From contig OY970195.1 in the NCBI GenBank assembly GCA_963708185.1, positions 672,001 to 736,000 on the forward strand: DNA of 64,000 bases, written 5' to 3'. Under the pieces are notes generated by a model. It had not been told where the DNA came from. It ran no database searches and saw nothing but the letters and a program-made list of their open reading frames with translations. The stretch's first letter is position 1; every line of letters begins with the position of its first letter. Source of the DNA: Candidatus Peregrinibacteria bacterium (GTDB taxonomy: Bacteria > Patescibacteriota > Gracilibacteria > UBA1369). Positions 34,364 through 43,234 of the stretch are shown here, one piece after another. The position numbers were made by a program, and so were the translations under genes.

Positions 34364-35205
34364 GCTTTTTTCTTTTTATGCCGTTGAGGTTTCAGGAACT
34401 CGTTGAGTAATATCTGGAGACGTGCCAGTGAAATATTCTGATCCAGATGTCCGTTCTGTGCGTAGGAAATCGTCCCTTTCTCTTCGGAAATGACGATGAT
34501 TTTCGCATCGGTGTTCTCGGAAAGTCCGAGCGCCGCCTTATGACGCGTTCCCAAGACCTGGCTGTAGGTCTTGAAGGAGTGAGGAAGCACGCACGAAGCC
34601 GCGACGAGCACCCCGTCCTTGATGATAATGGCGCCGTCGTGGAGCGGAGACCGGTTCATGAAAATGCTCAGTATCAGTTCCTTGGAAATTTTCGCGTTCA
34701 AAGGAATACCGGTGTCGACGTATTCCTTGAGCGGGACGGAGTTTTCAAGCACGATAAGAGCGCCAATCTTATGCTTGCCCATGTAATCACAGGATTCCAC
34801 GATATTACTGATGAGGGCGTTGAGTTCTTTTTCCTTCTGGCTCAACGATATTTTGGTGTGACCGATCCTTTCCAACGCCATACGCAATTCCTGCTGGAAA
34901 ATAACGGGGATGGCGACGAGGACGACCGTAAAAAACCTGTCGAGAAGCCACCCTAAGGTCACAAGCTGGAGCGCCTTGCTGACGGCAAAAATAAATCCGA
35001 TGACAACAAGACCGATAAGGATATTGACCGCACGTGTCCCTTTGAGCAGGATAAAAATATAATAAAACAGGATCGAAACCAGGAGGATATCGATGATGAC
35101 CTGAGCCGGCGAAAAGTTGAGCAGGGTGAGATTATCCCAAAATCCCTGGGCTTCCTGTCCGATGAAGAGCACGGCTTCTGCGATCCATTTACTGAGTATA
35201 TCCAT
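34360..35205 (-). CDS. cdaA: Diadenylate cyclase CdaA
   Basis: Three TM helices, FQQELR, SPLHDGA, GTRHKAA. Confidence 0.95.
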   Translation of the reverse strand: MDILSKWIAEAVLFIGQEAQGFWDNLTLLNFSPAQVIIDILLVSILFYYIFILLKGTRAVNILIGLVVIGFIFAVSKALQLVTLGWLLDRFFTVVLVAIPVIFQQELRMALERIGHTKISLSQKEKELNALISNIVESCDYMGKHKIGALIVLENSVPLKEYVDTGIPLNAKISKELILSIFMNRSPLHDGAIIIKDGVLVAASCVLPHSFKTYSQVLGTRHKAALGLSENTDAKIIVISEEKGTISYAQNGHLDQNISLARLQILLNEFLKPQRHKKKKA

Positions 35206-35296
35206 AAAAAAGCTCACTGTAATGCGGTTACCAGTGTAGCGTGGCTACCAGACGAGAACAAGCTTATTATCGTGAAAAACGCCGGAAAATTTTTTC

Positions 35297-35326
35297 AAAA
35301 AACCCCCGTTTGGTCCGGGGGTTTTT
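35297..35326. terminator. Intrinsic terminator
   Basis: AAAAAACCCCCG-loop-CGGGGGTTTTT. Confidence 0.8.
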
Positions 35327-35361
35327 GCTTGTGGCGTTTTTGATTTCTTTTCGCTCCGTTT

Positions 35362-36393
35362 TTAACGCAGTGATTTCTTGATCTTGTAGAGTTTTCTGCG
35401 GTTGAGGAAAAGCGTCAGTGCGAACATTCCCGCGTAAACGTAATCCTCAGGGCCAGAGCTGGCGAGTTTGCCCTTCGTCGGCATTTCCACCTGTGCGTTC
35501 TGGCCGTTCTGAGCCGCGACCATGTTCTGTTGTTCTGCTGCGGAAAGCGCGGTGCTGCCTTCGGCGCTGCTTGGTGCAGTGTTTGTCGTCGCAGGAGCGA
35601 CATTTCCGATATCACTGAGGCTAGCACTTAATGACTGAGCAGCTCCGTGAAGCTGGTCGGTTCCGGGAGCCGGTGCCGTGTTGATGAAAAGCTGTTCCGG
35701 GGGAGTTTGTTCAGCGGGAGTCTGATTCTGTGTTTCCGCCGGTGCCGAGGCTGCTTCCTGGGTAACGGCCTGATTCTGGATGTTGGCTGTTTCCGTTCCG
35801 GTCGTGAAGGAGGATCCTGCGCCAAAACCGCTCAAGACGTCATTCGGCTGAGTCTCCGAAGAAGGAGTGCCGACGATGAGGTAACCTTTCATCTGAGGAT
35901 AAAAACTCGAGTTATAGGTGAATGAACCTGAATCGTTGAAGGTGTAACTGTAAGTGTCGCCCTGGTTGAGCGTCGGGCTCGCAAAATTGTCTCCGACGAC
36001 ATTCTGTGGAACGGCGTCATTATTTGTCCAGACAACCGTCGTTCCCGGAGTGACGTTGAGGGTTGCGGGATTATAGGAATAGTTCTGGATGCTCACCTGT
36101 TGGGTCTCTCCGGCCTGCATCTGGCTCATAGCTTCGGTACCAGACATTGCCTGGGTATCCTGCATGGAACTCGATCCGAAAAGATCCGTCCTGACTTCCA
36201 CCGGTTCCTGGATCCAGTACGCGAGGTACGCGGCGAAACCGACGATAAGAAGCGCCGCCACGACCTTTACTTTCGTCCCTGTGGTGACTTCGTTTTCCCC
36301 TTCGTCCTGTTCGTCCCGCTCAGATGCTGAAGGGTCCACTTCCGACTGGTTTTGTTCTTCTCCCTTTTTGAAGAGTTTTTTCAGAAATTCCAT
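35362..36393 (-). CDS. Cupredoxin-like surface protein with an LPxTG-like tail
   Basis: YNPATL.V.PGTTVVWTNND, SPTL..GDTYSYTF...G.F.Y; C-terminal LASSGPE + hydrophobic segment + RRK. Confidence 0.75.
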   Translation of the reverse strand: MEFLKKLFKKGEEQNQSEVDPSASERDEQDEGENEVTTGTKVKVVAALLIVGFAAYLAYWIQEPVEVRTDLFGSSSMQDTQAMSGTEAMSQMQAGETQQVSIQNYSYNPATLNVTPGTTVVWTNNDAVPQNVVGDNFASPTLNQGDTYSYTFNDSGSFTYNSSFYPQMKGYLIVGTPSSETQPNDVLSGFGAGSSFTTGTETANIQNQAVTQEAASAPAETQNQTPAEQTPPEQLFINTAPAPGTDQLHGAAQSLSASLSDIGNVAPATTNTAPSSAEGSTALSAAEQQNMVAAQNGQNAQVEMPTKGKLASSGPEDYVYAGMFALTLFLNRRKLYKIKKSLR

Positions 36394-36601
36394 AAGTTTT
36401 GGTGTTAATTTTTATTTTTGAAATCTTTTCATATTAGCACAATTTTGAGGTTTCTTGAAGTCGCTAACGGCTACGTAAAGCCAAATCCACTATCCAAATT
36501 TTAAAAATGTTTTTTAATTACGTTCATAAAGATTTTTTAGTGAGCTTGCTAGAATTTTTTGGAATTTTTTGTTATAATAAGAAGAATTTTTAATTTGCAT
36601 C

Positions 36602-39091
36602 ATGCCATTTTCTTCCATCCCGCCGATCGATCCAACAGAAATCAACAAAACCTCCGAGTACAAGCTTCCTGAACAGATCCCCATGATCCCCGTGAAGGAC
36701 CTCGTCGTTTTCCCTTCGATGGTCGTTTCGGTTTACGTCAAGAACGCGGATCTTATCGATGCCGCCCAGAAAGCGATGAAAGACAAAGAGCTTGTGGGTC
36801 TCATTACCGAGATCAATCCAATGAAACCCGTTCCTCCCGTCGACAATCTTTACAAAGTGGGGACCGCCTCGGCAGTGCTCCAGGTGATTAAAGGTACCGG
36901 AAACGATGCGATGGTTCTCGTCGAAGGCATCAATCGCGTTGGGATTCAGGAGTTCGTGGCGACCGCACCTTATTTAAAAGCAAGCGTGAAACTCATTCCC
37001 AAGGTCCGCGAGCCGAGCCTTGAAGACGAAGCCCTGATGCGTGACGTAAAAGAGCTCGTCGGAAAGGTTTCCAACGGCGGGAAGACACTGCCGCAGGAAC
37101 TTATCATGGGGCTTGATAACATCACCGACCCTGAAGAACTTGCCGATCTGGCTTCCTCGTATCTGACCCTGGAAGTGAAAAAGAAACAGGAACTGCTGGA
37201 AATGGACGATGTTGAAGCAAGGTTTAAGAAAATCATCGAATATTTGAACAAAGAACTCCTTCTTCAGGAAATCCGCAAAAAAATCCACAGCGACATCAAT
37301 AAAGAGGTGGATAAAACCGAACATGACTACCTCCTGCGCCAAGAAATGAAAGCCATCAAAAAGGAACTCGGCGAAAAGGACAAAGGCGGCATTCCAGGCA
37401 TGGAAGGTATGAGCAATGAAGAGGACATCAAAGAACTTCAGAAAAAAATCACCGCGGCCAAAATGCCCAAGGAAGTTGAAAAGATCACCAAAGGCGAACT
37501 GGAAAAACTCAAGAAAATTTTCCCTTTCTCTCCGGAATTCGGCGTGGCGCGAACCTACATCGAATGGCTGTGCGACATGCCCTGGAGCAAGAGCTCAAAA
37601 GCAAAGGTCGACGTTAAAAAAGCCAGAAAGATTCTCGACGAGGACCATTACGGTCTTCAGAAAATCAAGGAACGCATCCTGGAATATCTTTCGGTGTACC
37701 AGCTGAAAGGTTCTCCTGGAGCCACTATTTTGTGTTTTGTCGGCCCACCGGGCGTGGGAAAAACTTCACTCGGACGTTCCATTGCGAGAGCATTGGGAAG
37801 ATCGTTTATCCATACGTCGCTCGGAGGCATCCGCGATGAAGCCGACATCCGCGGACATCGCCGCACCTATGTGGGCGCTTTGCCCGGTCGCATTATCCAG
37901 AGCATCAAGCGGGCCCAGTTCAACGATCCCGTGTTCATGCTCGACGAGATCGACAAGATCGGACGTGACTTCCAGGGTGATCCGGCGGCGGCTCTTCTTG
38001 AAGCCCTGGATCCCGAACAGAACTTTGCCTTCACCGACCATTATCTCGATGTGCCTTTCAACCTGAGCAAGGTCCTCTTCCTCACGACCGCCAACATTCT
38101 CGACCCGATCCCTCCGGCATTGCTGGACCGCATGGAGATCATCGAACTTCCGGGCTACACCGAAGAGGAAAAACTCATCATCGCCCACAAATATCTTCTT
38201 CCCAAACAGCAAAAACTCAACGGCCTGGAAAAACACATGTTCACCATGACCGACGAGGCAGTGACCGAAATTGTCCGCTTCTACACTTTTGAAGCCGGGC
38301 TGCGAGAACTTGAACGGGAGATTGCTTCGATCTGCCGCAAGGTCGCCAAGAAAATGATCGAGACCAAAAAGATCACCAGGGAGGTTACCGTCCAGGACGT
38401 CCGCGGGTTCCTGGGCGTCGAAAAATTCGACTACGAAAAAGCCGAGGACAAAGACATGGTCGGCGTGGCTACCGGCCTGGCCTGGACGCCCGTCGGAGGC
38501 GACATCATTTTCATCGAAGCTGCCTTGATGAAAGGCAGCAAGAATTTGATTCTCACCGGCAATCTCGGCGACGTCATGGAGGAGTCTGCACGCACCGCTC
38601 TGAGTTTCATCCGCAGCAATGCCGCGCATTTCGGTATCAAGGAAGATATTTTTGAGAAACACGACATCCACATTCACGTTCCTGAGGGAGCGACGCCAAA
38701 GGATGGTCCTTCCGCGGGCATAACGATGTGTACGACGCTTGTTTCGCTCCTCACCAACCAGAAAGTCCACAGAAACGTCGCCATGACCGGGGAAATAACC
38801 CTGACCGGACGCATTCTGCCCATTGGAGGATTGAAAGAAAAAATCCTGGCGGCAAAACGCGCCCAGCTCAAGGACATCATCATTCCCGAACGCAATAAAA
38901 AAGATCTCGCCGATATTCCACCGCACCTTTTGAAGGGCATGACGATCCATTGCGCCAAGACCTTCGACGATGTCCTGAAGATCGCGCTGATCAAACAAAA
39001 AGAAAAAACTCCTCTCAAAATAAGCAAGAAAGTCATCACCGTATCGCCCAAAAAGAAGGTCGTGGCCAAGATCATTCCGCTTCCTTCGTAA
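36602..39091 (+). CDS. lon: Lon protease
   Basis: GPPGVGKTS, GHRRTYVGALPG, PKDGPSAG, IGGLKEK. Confidence 0.97.
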   Translation: MPFSSIPPIDPTEINKTSEYKLPEQIPMIPVKDLVVFPSMVVSVYVKNADLIDAAQKAMKDKELVGLITEINPMKPVPPVDNLYKVGTASAVLQVIKGTGNDAMVLVEGINRVGIQEFVATAPYLKASVKLIPKVREPSLEDEALMRDVKELVGKVSNGGKTLPQELIMGLDNITDPEELADLASSYLTLEVKKKQELLEMDDVEARFKKIIEYLNKELLLQEIRKKIHSDINKEVDKTEHDYLLRQEMKAIKKELGEKDKGGIPGMEGMSNEEDIKELQKKITAAKMPKEVEKITKGELEKLKKIFPFSPEFGVARTYIEWLCDMPWSKSSKAKVDVKKARKILDEDHYGLQKIKERILEYLSVYQLKGSPGATILCFVGPPGVGKTSLGRSIARALGRSFIHTSLGGIRDEADIRGHRRTYVGALPGRIIQSIKRAQFNDPVFMLDEIDKIGRDFQGDPAAALLEALDPEQNFAFTDHYLDVPFNLSKVLFLTTANILDPIPPALLDRMEIIELPGYTEEEKLIIAHKYLLPKQQKLNGLEKHMFTMTDEAVTEIVRFYTFEAGLRELEREIASICRKVAKKMIETKKITREVTVQDVRGFLGVEKFDYEKAEDKDMVGVATGLAWTPVGGDIIFIEAALMKGSKNLILTGNLGDVMEESARTALSFIRSNAAHFGIKEDIFEKHDIHIHVPEGATPKDGPSAGITMCTTLVSLLTNQKVHRNVAMTGEITLTGRILPIGGLKEKILAAKRAQLKDIIIPERNKKDLADIPPHLLKGMTIHCAKTFDDVLKIALIKQKEKTPLKISKKVITVSPKKKVVAKIIPLPS

Positions 39092-39108
39092 AGGTTTTTG
39101 AGATTTTC

Positions 39109-40374
39109 TCAGGTATCGATCACCAGCAATTTGATGGTGTTTTCAACGTCTTTGATGTTGTTGAAGTGGGGATAGACGAGGATGTGGTGGAGACGGCGCA
39201 GATTATAGAAAAGCAGACTGTGCATTTCGTTGTTGATGACGACCTTGGCTCCTTCGGATTTGAAAAAATTGGTGATGCCGATGAAATCGAACGTCCTGAA
39301 AGGGAACTCTTTGCTGGAGACGTCGGTTATTTTTCCGTCGGCGACGTCCACGAAAACGTAATAGCGCGTCTGTTCAAGCGTCGTGGCGATTTCCGATTTC
39401 AGGCCATTATCATTTTTCGTCGGGACGGCGACGCGGACTTTGTGAGTCTGCGGTACTTCAAAAAAGAGCGAAAAATCTTTAAGGTGCGTGCTCACTTTTG
39501 CAATTCTGTCCTTGAGGATATTGAGGTCATTGCGGATATCCTTGGTTTCCACATACGGATTGATTTCAATATAGGCTTCACCGAAAATAAACGTTCCGGC
39601 CCGGCGCATGCGGATGTTGTTGACCTTGCGGACAATCCTCGACTTGGTCATGATGATATTTTTCACTTTATCGATCAGTTCCTGGTCGTCGAAGTAATCC
39701 AGAAGGAAAAACAGCGATTCTTTTCCGCTTTCCAGGCCGACTTTCAGAATAAGCACGGAAAGGATGATGCCGATGGCGCCTTCCAGGTACGGGATCTTGA
39801 AATAACTCGCGGCGATGCCTGCGATCACCGCAACCTGTGAAATAAGATCGGAACGTTTTTCTTTTCCGCTGTTGACGAGCGAGAGCGAATTGATTTTTTT
39901 GCCCGTTTTGATGAGGTAATGGGAAAGGTGCAACGAAATGAGGATCGTCACGACCACCTGTCCGATCGCCAGCAAATGGTCATGGCTGGCTTCGAGCACA
40001 AACAACCGGTCCATGCTCTCCATCAGCACTTCGATACCGAGATAGATGATAAGGACGGAAGCCAGGAATGCGGCAAAGCTTTCCGTTTTGTAATATCCGT
40101 ACTTGAAGCCCTCGTCGGCACTGCGCTGGCTCATTCTGAGGCCGATGTAGCTGGCAAAAATCCCCAGCATATCGGAAAAACTGGAAAGAGCGTCGACGAT
40201 AAGGACGACGATGCCGGTGGTGTAGCCGACGATACCTTTGAGCAAGGCCAGGAGAGCTATTTCACCCATGGCGTAGAGCGCAATGGTCGCCCCCTGCTTG
40301 AGTTCGTCCATTCCCTGCCGGGGTTTGGCATCGTGCGCCTGAGCAATGGTTTGTTTTTTTGATTGTTGAGCCAT
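39109..40374 (-). CDS. Cation diffusion facilitator fused to a NifB/NifX-like domain
   Basis: Six TM helices, YGYYKTE, dimerisation domain (RMRRAG), C-terminal RVAVP..ND.GL.SEI. Confidence 0.8.
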   Translation of the reverse strand: MAQQSKKQTIAQAHDAKPRQGMDELKQGATIALYAMGEIALLALLKGIVGYTTGIVVLIVDALSSFSDMLGIFASYIGLRMSQRSADEGFKYGYYKTESFAAFLASVLIIYLGIEVLMESMDRLFVLEASHDHLLAIGQVVVTILISLHLSHYLIKTGKKINSLSLVNSGKEKRSDLISQVAVIAGIAASYFKIPYLEGAIGIILSVLILKVGLESGKESLFFLLDYFDDQELIDKVKNIIMTKSRIVRKVNNIRMRRAGTFIFGEAYIEINPYVETKDIRNDLNILKDRIAKVSTHLKDFSLFFEVPQTHKVRVAVPTKNDNGLKSEIATTLEQTRYYVFVDVADGKITDVSSKEFPFRTFDFIGITNFFKSEGAKVVINNEMHSLLFYNLRRLHHILVYPHFNNIKDVENTIKLLVIDT

Positions 40375-40442
40375 CTTTTTATTATACCATTTTTCTGGCC
40401 CCGGTGGTACACTTTGGGCGTATTTTTAGCTCTTTCAGGGAT

Positions 40443-40910
40443 ATGAAGGATCTTTTCGGAAGAGATGGTAAAAGACCGACGTTGGGCGCTGATTGCGTTA
40501 TTTTAAGCCGAGGAGATGATGGATGGCGGGTTTTGCTCGTGGAGCGCGGCCATGAGCCTTTTAAGGGCACATGGGCCCTGCCGGGAGGTTTCATGGAATG
40601 GGGCGAAAGCTGCGAGCAGGCGGCAGCGCGCGAACTGATGGAGGAAACGGCACTCAAAGACATCGACTTGAAGCTTTTGGGGGTGTTTTCCAAGCCGGGA
40701 AGAGATCCCCGCGGGACGATCGTTTCGGTCTCCTATATCGGCTTTGTGGATCCGGAGAAGGCAAAACATGCCAAAGGAGGCGACGATGCCGCGAAAGCCG
40801 AATGGTTTCCCTTGGTTCACAAGCCGCCTCTGGCCTTTGATCATGAGGATATTCTGGCCGCAGCCCAGGATGTTCTTGACGGGGATATTCCCGAAGGCTC
40901 CGAGGCTTAA
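40443..40910 (+). CDS. NUDIX hydrolase
   Basis: WALPGGFMEWGE....AA.REL.EET, PGRDPRG, LAFDH. Confidence 0.92.
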   Translation: MKDLFGRDGKRPTLGADCVILSRGDDGWRVLLVERGHEPFKGTWALPGGFMEWGESCEQAAARELMEETALKDIDLKLLGVFSKPGRDPRGTIVSVSYIGFVDPEKAKHAKGGDDAAKAEWFPLVHKPPLAFDHEDILAAAQDVLDGDIPEGSEA

Positions 40911-40987
40911 CACTGGCAAAATAGTCCTTTTCTTTTGGAGTTTGGCGTGTTACCATCCTCCCCTCTTTTGCGTTTTATCGATTTTTC

Positions 40988-41509
40988 ATGAAAATCCTGA
41001 AACCAATCCTGACGTTGGCCCTCATGGTGGGTGCTGTGTACCTCCTCTACACGTTCCTGATTTTTCCGCTTTTTTCGCATTACGTGAAGGTGATCCACCT
41101 CGTTGACGCCGACACGCTGCTGGTGAAAGACGGCGACAAGATCATGCAGGTCCAGCTCATCGGAATTGATGCGCCCGAAAAAACCGGTCCGGCACATTCC
41201 CCGCAATGTTTCGATTCCCAGGCGCTTCATCTCACGGCTGAGGACTTTTTCTCCGACGGACAGGACGTGCGTCTGGTCCAGGACAATCTTCTCGGCGACA
41301 CCGACAACTACGGTCGTCACCTGCGTTACGTTTATCTGAAGAACGGCGACTTTCTCAATGAAAAAATGCTGGAGAACGGCCTGGGCATATTGTATACGGA
41401 TCCGAACAAGCCTTACCAGAAACAAAACCAACTGACCAAAGCCCAAGACGACGCACGTTCAAAAAACCTTGGAATCTGGGATCCACAAGGCTGTAACGGG
41501 CACTTCTAG
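40988..41509 (+). CDS. Thermonuclease (SNase) family protein, membrane anchored
   Basis: VDADTL, LIGIDAPE, DNYGRHLRYV, A......GIW. Confidence 0.88.
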   Translation: MKILKPILTLALMVGAVYLLYTFLIFPLFSHYVKVIHLVDADTLLVKDGDKIMQVQLIGIDAPEKTGPAHSPQCFDSQALHLTAEDFFSDGQDVRLVQDNLLGDTDNYGRHLRYVYLKNGDFLNEKMLENGLGILYTDPNKPYQKQNQLTKAQDDARSKNLGIWDPQGCNGHF

Positions 41510-41538
41510 TTTTCATCTTTCCGTCCGAAAAAAGATTC

Positions 41539-41570
41539 AAAAATCCCTGTGCGACTGGAGCCGCACCGGG
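41539..41570 (-). terminator. Intrinsic terminator closing the minus-strand ncRNA unit (may be bidirectional)
   Basis: Minus strand CCCGGTGCGGC-TCCA-GTCGCACAGGG followed by ATTTTT. Confidence 0.65.
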
Positions 41571-41599
41571 TAAATTTTTATTTTTGAATTATATTCAGA

Positions 41600-42714
41600 C
41601 CTCCCCCGTATCTTCATGGAAACTCATGATGCCAACCACAACAAGATGAAATGCTATGAACAATTACATGTGAGTGTCGTTGGACAAACGTTAGATACCT
41701 GTTCTTTTCATGACATCAAAACCCATCACAATAAAGACAAGCACGGGAACAATTCGCTGGGCGCTGTTGTTACCGACCATGAGATTCCGAGAAAATCGAG
41801 GGAGGGAGCTGTCTTGAGGACTGGGGGTCAAAAATAAGTGACCAATGCCCAGTCCGAAGACAGCTCTCTCCCGCTTTTCAACGGTACGTTCTTTCAAGGA
41901 TCATGACTGAAATTTCTTCAGTCCCCCTTAAACTCTACGAGACAAATTTCAAACATCTGAACACCTCGGAAATTCTTAGTTCCCTCAGTAGTCACTTACC
42001 ATATTCCGTTTCCAAAATATGACAGTACCTCTCTCACGTATCGGCACATCACGTCTGACCACAGAACCGAAGTCCTACAGACAAAACAGGAGGCGTCGAC
42101 AAATGAAGTCCAACCTCTTCCCTCTACAGCCTGGTCTTTTAGACCCGCCAAGCGAAAAGGATGAGCACGCCAAGAACCTGGGGGACTCTTGGACGCGGTT
42201 TTACTCTCCATCACGCAAAGTCTAAGGAGGAAGCTGCCAAAGATCCCAAGTATGAAACCCTTTTTTCATCAATACCTAAGGTCTTTGACAGCTTTCTCCC
42301 GAGCTTTTGCCGGAAAGTTGTTTTTTGTTTTTAAAGAACGTTTTATTTTTACTCCCGAGTAGAGGGGTCGGATATCGAACCCAGAAGAAACGATAAAATC
42401 TCTTCCGTGGATAACCATAAGAGTGACCGAAGTCATAATTATGATGTATCCGAGGTGTCTCGGCGTATAAAGTTTGATCCAAGCCGAAGCTCGAAACAAA
42501 ACTTCATGGAGTCGAAACATATCATTCAATCTCTCTCTTAAATCACTTGACCTCCAAGCCCATCAAGCGTTGAAGAAAGGCATCGGGACGAGTTCTGGGA
42601 GAACTGTCCAAATAATCCGATCCTTCAAACCCGGGAGGAATCTGCCTAAGACGCTAGTACTGAAGCATGGTGGGAACTTGCAGTAACCAGGATTTCAGGC
42701 AGGTTTCTCCCGAG
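41600..42714 (-). ncRNA. Putative array of three homologous structured non-coding modules (42352-42714, 41923-42303, 41600-41874)
   Basis: No credible ORF; each module has CGGGAGA + hairpin + CCTCC...GGGRG long closing stem with shared internal motifs; promoter and terminator on the same strand. Confidence 0.6.
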
Positions 42715-42791
42715 ATTGAGGTGCGCAGGCAAATGGTTTTGTACCTTTGCCGTGCGTTTTTCTTGTTGTCAAAAAATCACTGTTTCATTAA

Positions 42792-42821
42792 ATTCTATCA
42801 CATAAACAGAATATGTGTCAA
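42792..42821 (-). promoter_or_regulatory. Near-consensus sigma70 promoter facing the ncRNA array
   Basis: Minus strand TTGACA-18 bp-TAGAAT with an extended -10 TG. Confidence 0.7.
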
Positions 42822-42950
42822 TACTCCCGGGGACTTTTTTTGAAGAGGTAGTTTTGTCCAGAAACTCGGATTGATCTTTTCGGCGGATTCGGGTAAGTTT
42901 TTCACTGCAATTTTGAGCACAAAGTGCGGTTCTAACGCGCAAAAAAACAT

Positions 42951-43025
42951 GCCGGGGTAGCTCAGTGGTAGAGCGAAGGATTGAAAATCCTTGCGTCGAC
43001 AGTTCGATTCTGTCCCTCGGCACCA
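42951..43025 (+). tRNA. tRNA-Phe(GAA)
   Basis: GCCGGGGTAGCTCAGTGGTAGAGCG-AAGGA TT GAA AA TCCTT-...GTTCGATTC...CACCA. Confidence 0.97.
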
Positions 43026-43080
43026 GTACTTGATCATGATAAAGATTTCCAAGATCTTCGTTTCGGAAAGGAAACGACCA

Positions 43081-43109
43081 TTGACATTGGTAAAATAATA
43101 TTGTATATT
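43081..43109 (+). promoter_or_regulatory. Sigma70 promoter of the DEAD-box helicase gene
   Basis: TTGACA-17 bp-TATATT. Confidence 0.6.
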
Positions 43110-43234
43110 TCCTTACTGTTATATTCAGAAATAGTCAGTGGATTATAGAGTGGCTTGTCATAAACATTTGAGCTGGCTCTACACCCCGCCACGCGGGATG
43201 CATCCAGTTTCAATTTCGCAACCATCATATTTTT

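Noticed and set aside
41616-42686. Short ORFs of 68-86 aa on both strands; TGA readthrough or hairpin-bypass models
   Set aside because: No mutual protein similarity or motifs; the frames checked also end in TAA/TAG; nucleotide structure explains the conservation better.
41600-42714. CRISPR, T-box, hammerhead, RNase P, tmRNA or attC identity for the array
   Set aside because: No short regular repeats, no UGGNACC bulge, no valid CUGANGA/GAAA core with stems, no GAGGAAAGUCC, no tRNA-like ends. The GTTTTG..AC resemblance to Cas9 repeats is too short and no cas gene is nearby.
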